A stretch of 64,000 bases of DNA from positions 29,202,001-29,266,000 of the forward strand of contig NC_088862.1 in the NCBI RefSeq assembly GCF_963853765.1. The letters run 5' to 3'. This document shows, one piece after another, positions 12,933 to 25,368 of the stretch; the stretch's first letter is position 1; every line of letters starts with the position of its first letter. Source of the DNA: Magallana gigas (lineage: Eukaryota). Below the pieces are notes generated by a model. It searched no databases. It was given only the letters and a program-made list of their open reading frames with translations, and had not been told where the DNA came from. The position numbers and the translations under genes were made by a program.

Positions 12933-13295
12933 TACTTTGCGGAACGGAACATATAAGGAGGTGTCCAATGGGAAAAGAAAATTTTATAAAATGAACAATT
13001 TTTTAATTACAACATTTCGATATAAGATTTATTCTTAATTATAATGTTTGAATTCGCTGTGTTTTAAGATAAAAATGTAAATTTTCCTCTAAAATTATTA
13101 TACTTTTAAGTAACCATCAGGAAAAAAAACCTTAATAGATGGTTTAAACTAGCCAAAAGGCAATGTCTTTTATCATTTTGAGCTTTAGAAGAAACCAAAC
13201 ACGTTCGCAGGTATATCAACTATAAAACTACAATGTCGGAAATATTCCAAATTTTAAACAATGTTTTCTCCGGTTCGGTTTCGTTCCGCAAAATA
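12933..13295. mobile_element. MITE-like element
   Basis: 18-bp inverted ends TACTTTGCGGAACGGAAC / GTTTCGTTCCGCAAAATA (2 mismatches). Confidence 0.55.
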
Positions 13296-14022
13296 CGTTT
13301 ACCCATGTGAATATTAGAATTTAGTCTAGAAGAGAACCTGAGGATAATTTCTTACGTTAACTTGTACAGCTTACATTGTAGTTTTTAAAGATGCTATCGG
13401 TCTACAAGCTTATGTTTTTGGTTTGTTTTAAAGATCTCAAATTAATATAGACATCTTTCAACCATAGTAAGTTTTTACAAGAACGTAACTTGTATATGCA
13501 TTAATTTTGGAGTAATAAATTAATATATATTTTTTCATACAACGCAGCCAACTTAAACATTAAAAAAAATAAAATCAATTTTATATCGAAAGTTATGATA
13601 AAAAAGTTTTTCATTTTGTAAAAAGATCTTTATCTCCATTGGGTACCCCTTTACTGGTTCCGATCCGTACAGCAAAGTACCAATAGCCTGAATTTAATTC
13701 ATAAATAGTCTGTGTATATCTATGATTGGTAAAAATTAGATTTAACATTTTATATGAGATGATTTTGTGAATTTATCAGTCTTGATTTAAGTATATATAA
13801 GTGTTTAATTAGTAAAATACATGCAAAGGTTATCTATGTATGTTTAACAAAGGAGATCACCTATCAGATTGACTATCAATAGCTATGTTCCAAGTTCGTC
13901 CGGAAGTTTTCAAGAGGAACATTACATTATAACGTGACCGGGGTGTCTAAACAGTGTTTCGGACAAACTCGAAACGTAGCTTTATCGCGTTTGATAAGCT
14001 TGTTGATTTTAAAATAAATGAA

Positions 14023-14059
14023 CGACAACTCTGCGAATGAAAGTACTTTCGGTTTGAAA
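14023..14059. promoter_or_regulatory. Conserved IRF/ISRE-like element upstream of TRIM copy 1
   Basis: CGACAACTCTGCGAATGAAAGTACTTTCGGTTTGAAA, identical at 20121-20157; contains the palindrome GAAAGTACTTTC (14039-14050). Confidence 0.5.
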
Positions 14060-14066
14060 TTACACA

Positions 14067-15971
14067 ATGGCGGCGGGAAAGGAGAAACAAGTTTCAGTAG
14101 AAACAGGTGTAACAACGACATGTCCGATCTGCTTCGAATCTTTCAAAACTCCGAGGATTCTGCCATGTCTGCACACGTTTTGTCACAACTGTTTATCGCC
14201 ATACATTCTTTCCACGTGCAAGACCAAGGAAAGCCCGGTGGGATTTCCCTGTCCACTCTGCAGATGTTTTGTTCCCGCTCCGTCTTTTTCGGTAGAGCTT
14301 GAAAAATGGTCGGAACTTATTCCTATCAACAAAGCAATTCAGGTTCTGATAGAAAAAGGAGACAAGTTATGTGATGCATGTCAGCGAGAAGATGAAGAAA
14401 TAGTGGCCAGTGATTGGTGTGAATCTTGCTCCGATTCCCTGTGTGCTATGTGTACAAAATATCATAAAAGAAATGCAGCTTTTCGAAGTCATACGTTAGT
14501 TCCAATAGCAGACTTTAGTAAAGTGTCTGGCAAAAAAGAAAGCATGGAACCAACATCTGTGGTTTGTAAAGACCACGGTAATTCAGTGGAATATATCTGT
14601 GTCGACCATGAAGAGTTATGTTGCACTAAGTGTGTGTGCACCAAACACAGAACATGCACACAGGTCGACGACATTGAAGAAGCAGCAGACAGTCTCCGAA
14701 AGTCAGAAAAAATAAAAACTTTATCAGAGGAAATATTTCAATTTCAAGGCTCACTTGTGAAAGCTAAATCGGATGGAGAGGACACCATAAGATACATTGA
14801 CGACACATCAGATCAAATTAAGAAAGAATCCACAGAATTAAGAGATAAAATTGTGAACCATGTAAATGCCTTACTAGAGGACCATCTATCTGAACTGGCC
14901 AAAAATGCTAAGGAACACGAAAGAAATGTGGCTAGTGTTGTAGATGCAGCGTCTGACCGGCAACTCTTAATGGCTCAGTACTTGCACACTTTAGAAAATA
15001 CAGAGAAAACGTCTGCATCAGTTCTTGTCAATGAATACTTGAAGATCAAGAAGCAATTTGCCTATGTTTCTAAGTCAGGTCTTTCCCAAATTAGTTTACA
15101 ATTGCAATCAAGTGTTTCAAAAGACCTGGCAGGAATCCTCCATGTGAAAAAATTTACTGATCTGAAGACACGTATTAAATCGATTCCACTATGCGGCATT
15201 GATTTTACAAGCGCAAACATGAAGTTGATTTGTGAACTACCTGGTACAACAGGTGGTTGCTTTTTAAAAAATGGGGACATCGTTTTGGTTGATCACGATT
15301 CCTGTCAGTTATTGCATTACAGAAATGCTGTCCTTGTTCGTAAGGCAAAATTGGAAATTCTACCTCTAGATGCGGTTTGTCAAAGTAGTTCTATGCTTCT
15401 TATTTCCCATAACGCTACGTTTTCGATCAAATCAAGTTTTAAAGGAAACATTGGAAAATTCAACCTTGACAAATGTGAAGAGAATGAAGATTATATTTTT
15501 ACAGAAACATCTGTTTATAGCTTGGCGATATCTGGAGGATCTATTTATGCTGCTTGCTCAGATGTGATAATTAAGTTTGATCATAAAGGAAACACTGTAC
15601 AACGATATCCTGTCGACATGTATACTTATTCGGTAGCAACAAACAACAGCAATGAAATAATCAGCTCAAGTTGTAGCACACAAAATGTAACAGTCATGAA
15701 TAGTTGTGGTGAGTTAATGTATACTTATTCTCATGAAAAACTTAAACATCCAAGAGGACTTGATGTGAATTTCACAGGAAACATATTTGTTGCAGGCATG
15801 GACAGTCATAACATACACGTGCTTACCCATAAAGCTGAGTTGTTGAAGATTTTTGCAATTGGTTTTAAATCGCAACCAATATGTATCAAATTTAAAGAGA
15901 ACTCTAACGTTTGCTTTGTAGGTTCTTATGGAAAAACAACAAAGGTGTACGAATTTCAAGAAGCTATGTGA
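14067..15971 (+). CDS. Intronless TRIM-family E3 ubiquitin ligase (RING, B-box1, B-box2, coiled coil, NHL-like beta-propeller), 634 aa
   Basis: C3HC4 RING CPIC..PCLHTFCHNC..CPLC; B-box CDAC..WCESCSDSLC..C..H; B-box CKDH..YICVDHEELCCTKC..KH; heptad-rich middle; C-terminal repeats such as HPRGLDVNFTGNIFVAGMDSHNIHVL. Confidence 0.93.
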   Translation: MAAGKEKQVSVETGVTTTCPICFESFKTPRILPCLHTFCHNCLSPYILSTCKTKESPVGFPCPLCRCFVPAPSFSVELEKWSELIPINKAIQVLIEKGDKLCDACQREDEEIVASDWCESCSDSLCAMCTKYHKRNAAFRSHTLVPIADFSKVSGKKESMEPTSVVCKDHGNSVEYICVDHEELCCTKCVCTKHRTCTQVDDIEEAADSLRKSEKIKTLSEEIFQFQGSLVKAKSDGEDTIRYIDDTSDQIKKESTELRDKIVNHVNALLEDHLSELAKNAKEHERNVASVVDAASDRQLLMAQYLHTLENTEKTSASVLVNEYLKIKKQFAYVSKSGLSQISLQLQSSVSKDLAGILHVKKFTDLKTRIKSIPLCGIDFTSANMKLICELPGTTGGCFLKNGDIVLVDHDSCQLLHYRNAVLVRKAKLEILPLDAVCQSSSMLLISHNATFSIKSSFKGNIGKFNLDKCEENEDYIFTETSVYSLAISGGSIYAACSDVIIKFDHKGNTVQRYPVDMYTYSVATNNSNEIISSSCSTQNVTVMNSCGELMYTYSHEKLKHPRGLDVNFTGNIFVAGMDSHNIHVLTHKAELLKIFAIGFKSQPICIKFKENSNVCFVGSYGKTTKVYEFQEAM

Positions 15972-16275
15972 GAGTTTATTTACTGTTCTTGGTCAAACAT
16001 AAAGTTTTAATTATTAGAATCAAACATATTTTAGGTTTTTAAAATTCACATATCTTAAAGTGAATAATTATGTAGAACTTATTAAATATCAGAAAGGTTG
16101 CGTTAGAAAGACATTTTGGATGTTTATAGACATAATTTGTGTTGGTATTTGTGGATATGGAGAGTAATTTCGCTAAATTTGGGTTGTGAAAGAAATAATT
16201 GCTTTGTACTCACAAATGCTCGTTAGCACATATTAATTTTGCATTCAGATCATATATTTATTAAAAACATAGCAA

Positions 16276-17231
16276 TACCGTAAATTTGGAAATTTTTACG
16301 TCGATTTATTTTTGCGAATTCGAGTCATAAAGCTATAGATTAATTTTTACGTTTTAAATTTTTGCGAATTGTCATCGGCGCTAAAAATAAAAAGCACTCA
16401 AATATTAAATGTCAACATACTGACATGCACAATGTTAGCTAACCTTCGGACATCGTATATTACCGCCGCCTCTAATTTTCTCACGAATCGTATATGTTTA
16501 CCAACTTCATAATTTATAGTATCATGTGAGAGTTGATGTCTGCAATTGATATCTTGTTCAAATTACCGATATATACAATAACAGCAGCAAATGCAACAAA
16601 ACTACCTAAAGGGGTATCTTGATACGGATTTATAGCGAGATAATTATCCCAATTAGTAGTTAACCAGTTAACACCTTCACATGCGACGGTTTGTGTACAC
16701 CACACACGTATCGGAGGGTCACGTGTCAAACACATGTACAGGTGATGTTTTCCTGTGTCAAGCGAGCGAGAATGAGAAGAAAATGGCGGCATTCAGCGAG
16801 AAATTCAAAATACTGTACACATTTTCGTATTCCATGAATTTTGGTGTCCCGCCGGTACACTGTGAATGGGGTAAAAAAAAGTAACGCTACATTCTGCGTA
16901 ACGCCGGTACATCATGGTACATATCATAAAGATCTATGAATAAATCACGCATGCATGCAGTATCATCAGTATACATGTACACTAAGATAGACATGAGGCT
17001 ACCAGTCAACCGAAGATACCGATTTTGAGTGAAGTCCTTCTCCACACGCTGGTTATAGCTTGGGGGTAATTACATGGTTATATAAACAGGTTTTTTAAAT
17101 TACCTTCGGCATATTTTTTATTACTTTTTTTTGTTGTTGATTAATTTTTAGGAAAAACAATTTTGCGAATGCAGAGCACGCGCAAATTAGCTAAAAATTT
17201 ATCTACGGTAAAAATTTCCAGATTTACGGTA
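16276..17231. mobile_element. ~956-bp non-autonomous TIR element, TA-flanked
   Basis: 24-bp TIR TACCGTAAATTTGGAAATTTTTAC vs GTAAAAATTTCCAGATTTACGGTA (1 mismatch); no transposase-like ORF inside. Confidence 0.75.
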
Positions 17232-18273
17232 ATGAACATATTTTTCTCTCGCATTTTGCACAAATTTGCACAGCATGTTTTGATCTTTTTGTATAATGAA
17301 TATATGAATATATCTGTTGTTTTGAATCATGTTGATTTCAAGATTGTTTAAAGAAAAAGATTTATTTGATTTATCAGAGACTCGGTGAACCTATAATTAT
17401 CATGTTTGTGTATTAGAATTGAATTTATGTTTGAAAATAGTTACGCTTAGTCTAATTAAAGAATGGAACAGTCTTGAAAATCTTCATTTTAGCATTATTT
17501 TGAACTTGATACTTTTACTTTTTAAATTCCTTTGAGTTATCCATGCGTGTATGTAAAATCAATATTTGTTTTGTTAAAATTGCGTTTTGATTACAATTTG
17601 AAAATACGTTAGTAAACTTAAGTTAAGTCTAATGAAATTTGAAAAATCCGATTATATTTATAATTTTTTTAGCCGAAAATCATGACCAAGCTTCCTTGAT
17701 TTCAAGGTCTTGAATTTGCCCATACACAGTGGTGTTTTAAGAGAGATATATTGTGACATTAAAATTCGCACAGGTTCAATTTCGCCCGCTAATAACGAGG
17801 ACGAAAATAAAAGGGGGAGAATATTTCCCAATATTTACATTCTACTGTGTTTTTCCACTAAATTCTGTGATCTTTAAATGCCTCTAAATGCAACAACTAA
17901 TCACTGCGTATGAATTTACATGTAATTTACATTAGTAGTTTCAAAAACGTTGATTTCTATGTTAAAATTATATATCATACATGTTGTCAAAACACCATGT
18001 TTTACATTTATTCAACAAAAAACTGATTTTATTGTTAAAAGCAAAATCCAAGAGTTGTTTTCATGGATTATATTTTCATGCTCCTCTATCAGTCTACGTG
18101 ATAACCACTTTCAACCGGTTTTAATAAAACAGCTGTTCTTGCTGTTACTAATTTACATATATACTCCCTCCGTGATCTGCAATTTGTATCGATTTATTTA
18201 AGTAAATAATTGATTTAATCAGTAAGGGAATGTAAATATAAGCATTAAATGATTTTTTTTTTGACGTTGTCAT

Positions 18274-18365
18274 GTCAATAACTGCCGTCAGTTGAGCAGA
18301 AAATAATCATAACGCGCTAACCCGCTTTAGTCGATTTATGTGCTTACCTGACGGCAGTTATTGAC
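18274..18365. repeat. 18-bp perfect inverted repeat with 56-bp spacer
   Basis: GTCAATAACTGCCGTCAG (18274-18291) / CTGACGGCAGTTATTGAC (18348-18365). Confidence 0.8.
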
Positions 18366-18869
18366 GACGTGTGAAACTTTAAATGTTTACACAAATAAAC
18401 ATATCAATTTTCCGATTTTCCTGCTATTGGTTTTGCAAAGTTATGTTACATGAACAGTTACAAAAAGGTGCATCAAAGTCCTTTCCAGTAATTGTATATA
18501 TACGCACTAAAGTAATAAGTATCAAACAGAATGTGTTGTCATGATCATGGCTTACTAGTGTCTTAAAACCATTCCTGACCATTGTGACGTTCGTTAGAAG
18601 ATATTTTAACTTTGGGGGGGGGGGGATGGTCTGAGGGATTTTGTTTGCCAGGGGAAGTGGGATGGCCCGATAACTTGTTTTTTTTTAGTTTTACTGAGTG
18701 AATGTCATAAGATTAAATTCAATATATAAGATACTTGTATATTAGTGGACATTTGGAATATAACACAATTTCGAATTATATATACTATTTAAGACCCTTT
18801 CTGAAAGCTTTAACGTGTTAAGTTTTGTGATGATAAGATTGTTCTTTAATTTCAAAAAAATGATTATAT

Positions 18870-19870
18870 CGTCCGAGGTCCTAAATTCGTTACAGTCCTA
18901 GAGTCGTGTCCCTTTTGTTTTCTTTGCGTATTTCGCGAGATTTGGTTGTAGGCTACGCATACCGTGAAAAAAAATTTACTACGATATGTGACGTCACTTC
19001 TTACTATACAGAAGTCCATAATGCGATCAAAACAGGTAACATTTTTATTTAAATTTTTATCTTCAACTATTTGCTAAGAGTTCTTATTCCCAAATAAAGT
19101 AACAGATGAAAATGGCCAAATACACGTCTAAACCTAAAAAAAAATTAACAGCGGTTGTCTCCTTTCTTGACATCCAGTCAATGAAAGTAATATGATCTGA
19201 TTTGAATGTTCAAGGACAAACAAGGATAAAAAGTAAAGTTCCTTAAAGCATTTGAAGTTTGTTTTGTGTTATTGTTAGGTTTATCCCGTGTCCAAAAAGA
19301 TACAATAACAGATTGCATTCCCCAACAAATTTCACAAATGCATACAAAATGGTTAAGGAACATAAAATTTACGTGAAAAAGGCATCAAAGATATTTAAAG
19401 TGTCAGATGCTACTCTCAGAGATAGAGTTTTGCAAAAGTTGACCCAGACACAACAGTTTTTTGAAAAAGTCCGGTGTTATTGTGTTACTGTTTATTATAT
19501 TGTTCATTTTGTTATTAGATATTTTAAATTTATTTTCATAATTTGCTAAATTGTGCAATTCGTTATTGTTAGCACTATTGTCCATTATAAACTATAATGT
19601 TTAGATTGTTTTGGCCTCAAAGTTTTGTTAATATCTGACGTCACGACTCTAGGACCAGGTTTCAAAATGGCCTTTTCCGCTTCATGGTGCTTAGACTGCT
19701 CACTTATTTATTAATCAAATAAAAAAATAATGAATACAGTGTGAGTTTTACGAAGAAATAGATGTACTTTAGGTGTGTTACATATTGTATTAATAATTTA
19801 GTGTTACAATTTTCATTAAGTGATTAAAGGGGCAGACATTCTTAGGGTAACGACTCATGGACCTCCGAGG
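18870..19870 (+). mobile_element. Degenerate pogo-like DNA transposon relic with an HTH-psq coding fragment
   Basis: ORF 19259-19549 encodes YKMVKEHKIYVKKASKIFKVSDATLRDRV (pipsqueak-type HTH pattern); 14-bp inverted repeat GTCCTAGAGTCGTG (18895-18908) / CACGACTCTAGGAC (19642-19655). Boundaries approximate. Confidence 0.55.
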
Positions 19871-20120
19871 ATACCTTTAAATAGCTAAGTTAACAATTGT
19901 TTTTGTTCAACCCTGAAGTACTCCAAGGTGGAAGACATTTACAATTTATCAATAAAAAATCTTGTCAACGATTTCTGCAAATTCAATGTCAATTGATTAA
20001 AATGTAGAACACCTGCAAATTTTTTGTTCGCTTAATAAAAGAGATCACCCAGAAAATTGATTACCAATAGCGTGTTAGATCAGCATAGCGATTTCGATAT
20101 AAAAATTGACACGCATTGAT

Positions 20121-20157
20121 CGACAACTCTGCGAATGAAAGTACTTTCGGTTTGAAA
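20121..20157. promoter_or_regulatory. Conserved IRF/ISRE-like element upstream of TRIM copy 2
   Basis: 37/37 identical to 14023-14059. Confidence 0.5.
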
Positions 20158-20164
20158 GTATGCA

Positions 20165-22122
20165 ATGGCTTCCTCGAAGGAAGAAGAAGCACCCTTAGCA
20201 ACGGATATAAGAACGACATGTCCGATCTGCTTCGAATCTTTCAAGACTCCAATGATTCTGCCATGTCTTCATACGTTTTGTCATAAGTGTTTGGTGTCAT
20301 ATATTCTTTCCACGTGCAAGACCAAAGAGACTCCGGTGGGATTTCCCTGTCCACTCTGCAGACGTTTTGTCCCCGCTCCGTCTTTTTCATTAGAGCTTGA
20401 CAAATGGTCAGAGCATATTCCTGTCAAGAAAACAATTCAAGTGCTGATGGATAAAGGAGATCAACTATGTGATGCATGTCAGCGGGAAGACGGGGATTCA
20501 GTGGCCAGTGATTGGTGTGCATCTTCCTCCGAATCCTTGTGCGCTGTGTGTGCGAAAGCTCATAAAAGAAGTGCAGCTTCTCGAAATCATACGTTGGTCC
20601 TAATAGCAGACTTAAGTAAAGTGTCTGGGGGATACGAAAGTTTAGAATCTGCACCAGTGGTATGTCAGGAGCATAGTAAACGAGTGAAATATATCTATGT
20701 TGATCACGAGGAACTATGCTGTACTAAGTGTGTGTGTCCAACAAACACAGGAAATGCAATCAGATTGATGACTTAGAAGTGGCCGCAGAGAGTCTCCAAA
20801 AGTCGGAAAAAATAAAAACTTTATCTGAGGAAATATCTCAATTTGAAGGCTCACTTGTGAAAGCTAGATCTGATGGAGAGAACACCATACGATATATTGA
20901 TGATACATCAGGCCAAATTAAGGAAGAATCCACGAAGTTAAGAGACAATATTGTGAACCATGTAAATGCCCTTTTAGAGAACCATCTATCTGAACTGGTT
21001 CAATCTGCTAGGAACACAGGCAAAGATTGGCCACCTTTGTAGATGCAGCGTCCGACCGATAGTTATTGATGACTCAGTATTTCCACGCTTTGGATTTTTC
21101 GGAGAAAACGCCTGCATCTGTTCTTGTCCAAGACTACAACATGATCAAGAGGCAATTCGAACACGTAACTCAATCAGGTTTTTTCCAAATTAAAATAAAA
21201 CTGCAATCAAATATCAAATAAAAAAAAAGGTCTTACAGGTATCCTGAGGGTCACAAATTTTACAGATCTGAAGATAAAGATGAAATTTGTTCCTTTAAGA
21301 GGCATTGATTTTACAAACGCAGAAAGGAAGTTCGTCTATGAACTTCCAGATTCAAGCGGTGAAATTACCGGTGGCTGCTTTGTAGAAAGTGAGAACATCA
21401 TTTTAGTTGATCACCATTCCAATCAGCTATTGCATTACAGCAATGCAGCCCTTATTCGTACAGCAAAATTGGATAATCAGCTTCAAGATGCAGTTTTCAA
21501 ACTACTTCTCGACTTCTTATTTGCAAAAAAACATAAATCATGGGGATTCATCGGAAAAATTAACCTTGACCAATTTGAAGGCAACAAAAATTATATTGCA
21601 AAAGAAAAGTTGTCTGTTTACGGCTTAGCGATATCTAAGGAATTTTTATATGCTGCTTGCTCAGAAGTTATAATCAAATATGATCACATAGGATGCATTG
21701 TTCAAAGATATTCGGTCAACAAGAATACTTTTTCGGTAGCAACAAACAACAACAATGAAATAATCAGCTCTAGTTGCGATACTCACAAAGTTACAGTCAT
21801 GAGTAGTTCTGGAGAGAAATTATATACGCATTCTAACATGTATACAGGTGAGTGCTCCATTTTGATTGCTTGTCGCAGACTAAGATATCCACAAGGACTT
21901 GATGTAAACTTTACAGGGAACATATTCGTTGCAGGCAAAGGCAGCTATAATATACACGTGTTAACCCCTAAAGCTGAGTTACTGAAGATTTTTGCAATTG
22001 ATTCCGAATCTCCACCAATTAGCATTAAATTGAAGGAAAACTCTAACGTTTGCTTTGTGGGGTTTTGTGAAACAACAACAAAGGTGTATGAATTTCAAGA
22101 ATTTCAAAAAGATGCTATGTGA
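20165..22122 (+). pseudogene. TRIM pseudogene, tandem paralogue of 14067-15971
   Basis: Colinear with the intact copy but carries a +2 frameshift at ~20735, a -1 frameshift at ~21010, an in-frame TAG at 21060-21062 and a +1 frameshift in the A-run at ~21220. B-box Zn ligands are altered (WCASSSESLC, YIYVDH). Spans ORF pieces 20165-20776, 20728-21042 and 21280-22122. Confidence 0.88.
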
Positions 22123-23628
22123 AAATTAACTGCTTCAGTCAATCACAAAGTTCCACATATTTTGACGTGATGTTAAACCACAGGTTGCTTTCAGTTATAG
22201 TTATGATAAAAAAACTAAGTATATTGCTAGTTGTAGTTATGGACATAGGCTTTTGGAACATTTTGTGCATTCATTTATTTTCAAGAACATTTGCACACAA
22301 CTTTGTCTATATGTACATAAATTCGAGTGGATTTTTCGTGTGATAAAAAAGTTATATTTTCATTTTAAATATCATTTTTCTGCACAGAGCAAATGATTTG
22401 TATTTTGTATTTTATTATAGTTAAATAATGAAACAATCTAAAAAATATTTATTTCAACAGAAATTTGATATAAGATATATTTCAGCTATTTATTTATTAA
22501 ACTCTGAAGATTTTAATTAAAATGATAAGTTATACCTTTTTATGAATAACTAAAATGCACAAGACATGCATGCAGAAACGTGCAGATATTTCCTAATTTT
22601 ACTTTATGTGTATTTTTAATTGCAAAGGGGCATAACCTGTTCTATCTTTAGTATTTTTAGTGTCTCGTATGTCTTTTAAGGCAGGTTGCCAATAATTTAT
22701 CTATTGTATCTATATATGAAATTTTGCCTATAATATTGGCATATGACACTTAAATAAACAATAAATTATTACTTACCTACTTCTTTACTTGTGTAAGTTT
22801 CTTCTGAGTTACCCATATACGTACAAACAATAAATGATTCATTTCCTTCTTTTGTTTTATTGTATTTTGGTTACATGTTAAAAACAAATAAGCAAAGAAC
22901 TTGAAGCATTGAAATTGATTTTTTAGCCTAAACTTGCCTAAACATTGTCCCAAACTTATATATGCCAAACGGGGCATATTTTTTTCATATGAACGTTAAT
23001 TAACCAATTAAAAGAAGTCCTACACATCTGATTAATAGTCATGATCAATATCAATCGTTATATCAATCAGTGAAATGAAATAAAGTTGAAATAATGAAGT
23101 GCTGCTAATTAAAAAAAATGATAATACATATGTATGTCTTATCATGACAAGAAGATAATAGGAATAGTGAATAGAGAAAAGCAATAATTTACCATCGCTG
23201 CATAAGATTTAAAATGTTAAATTCATATTAAATAATATATATAGTTATATAGATTGTCAATTCGTATTACATAACATAGAGACGTAATGCATATTAAGAT
23301 AATATATAGTTATATACATTGTCAATTCGTATTACAAAACACAAAGAAGTAATGCGTTTTAGGTTTGAATAGGACTTTCTGGTATACACTGCTTCAATCA
23401 GCTAGAGTTATCTTTCGTTATCATAATATACTAGTATGATGTTTTTGTACATACAGTGCATGATTACTTAAACTGCCGTAGTTTATAATTTTTAAGAAAA
23501 GGTTATCGTATTTTTCCCTAATTGTAATAAATTTACCTCTGTAAAACAGCTATAACAGTCGAGAGAGAAATTATTAAAGGAATGATCGACATGTAATATC
23601 ATTTGTCAGCTCTGTTTATTTAATACGC

Positions 23629-23701
23629 ACAGGGGCCAAGCCCGTTTTAACTACATTTATGATTACATTGAAATCAATGTTAAAACGGGCTTGGCCCCTG
23701 T
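23629..23701. repeat. 73-bp foldback (23-bp perfect arms)
   Basis: ACAGGGGCCAAGCCCGTTTTAAC / GTTAAAACGGGCTTGGCCCCTGT with a 27-bp spacer. Confidence 0.85.
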
Positions 23702-25368
23702 ACATGTGGTAATACGAAAGCATTACGCTACATGCACTTAACTATATATAGCAGCGTTTTGGTGATTTCCGAATTTAGAAGGCGAATTACACCTCCAAAA
23801 ATATTCTTACACATACGTGAAGAAAAACGTTATTTGAATCATTTGGTATGTAACTGTATAAATGTAACTGTATAAAATTAATGTATCATTTTCGAGGTAA
23901 ACGGATAAGAGTACGTTTTTAGAAATCTACGTGTAATTAAAGATTTAAATGAAGTTGCCATTGCATAGTAGATAAAATTGTGCAAGGCGCAATGCGTGCG
24001 CAAATAGTAGAATTTACCGAAAGCCTCGTATGGACACAAATGTGATCTTTCCATCAAAAGAGTCTATGGCCTAAAACAACAAAAACCAAAAACGTATTGT
24101 CATGTATCCCTACACATTGACATACTTTTAGAGGGGGGGGGGGGGGGTTAATAGCATCGGGCATAGAGGAGGGAGAACTCTCTTTCAAGATATTTGCCTG
24201 GGGAAAAGAAAGATTTTTGGAGAGTAAGAACGAAAATAATGGAATGATTGTGCCGATACTTAACTATGACTCTTCTCGAATTTTGTTTATTTAATTTGAT
24301 CAACCTGTGCGTGCACAGTTTTTCTAGTTTTTAATCTTTAAATAACCATTTGCTAGAACAATCCAATGGTGAAATATTATTTATAAATGTATTCAAATAT
24401 ATCATATTCATGTATTGTAAAAAAAAAAATATGGTAGATAAATATAACTTGGCCCATCATTAATCAACAAGCTTCTCATGTCTACTGCGTATAAAAAAAA
24501 TCAACAATCTTTTCGTTTATTCCACTTAATAAATTAATTACAAGTCTATATATAAGGACAATTATATATCCAATTTACGTACACCTGAAAGACAAAGGAG
24601 AGAAATACTTTTTAAAAAGAAAAGCTAATTTAAGAAACCAAACTCGTTATATACTTCTTATATATATATATTATATTGAGAATATTACATTTAAATTAGT
24701 AATATGTTGACGTCAATTCTGCGGGCGTTTTATTAACAAGGATTACCCCCCCCCCCCCTCTTCTTTTTTTTTTTGGGTGGGGGGAGGGGAAGGGGACGGG
24801 GTCGCCGGATGAAATGATTTTGTGTTAAAAAAAAACCCTGTTTGTTTAAACGCTTTACTACATGATTGATTCAGAATGTCTTACAAGGAGGACAACCCCT
24901 ACCCCACCACACCCCTCCCACCCCCACCCACCGACCCCTCCCCCACTTTTCTTCATGTTAGATCTAGATTCATTCAGCGTGTACTGAAAATTCAGTCTGA
25001 TGAAAAATATGTCTCATCAGGAAAATAACCTTTTATTGAAACATAAAGTAGAATTCGTTACAAATTGAATTTAGAAGCAGATTTGGTAAGTTTTTGAACT
25101 GAGCATGCATCATTTCCTTGTTTCAGAGGGATACAGAGAATGGTTGCTTCTAAAATTTCATTAATATTATTCTAAGTATTTAAGATGCATGTAGTTCTGG
25201 TATATTATAGGTTTGCGTATAAAGTTTTTTTTACCGTATATCATACATATATGGACCTTTTAATGAGTCGCAGACATCAAGATTGGCAAGGGTATACGTG
25301 AGATTTCTTGTAAAAAAGCAATTAAGTTTTTATCACTTGGAGTCTGTTCTTTAATGCAAAAATATATT

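Noticed and set aside
13927-15959. Short overlapping or antisense ORFs inside the TRIM CDS (likewise inside 34426-36189 and 27356-27785)
   Set aside because: Shadow frames of real coding sequence with no independent motifs.
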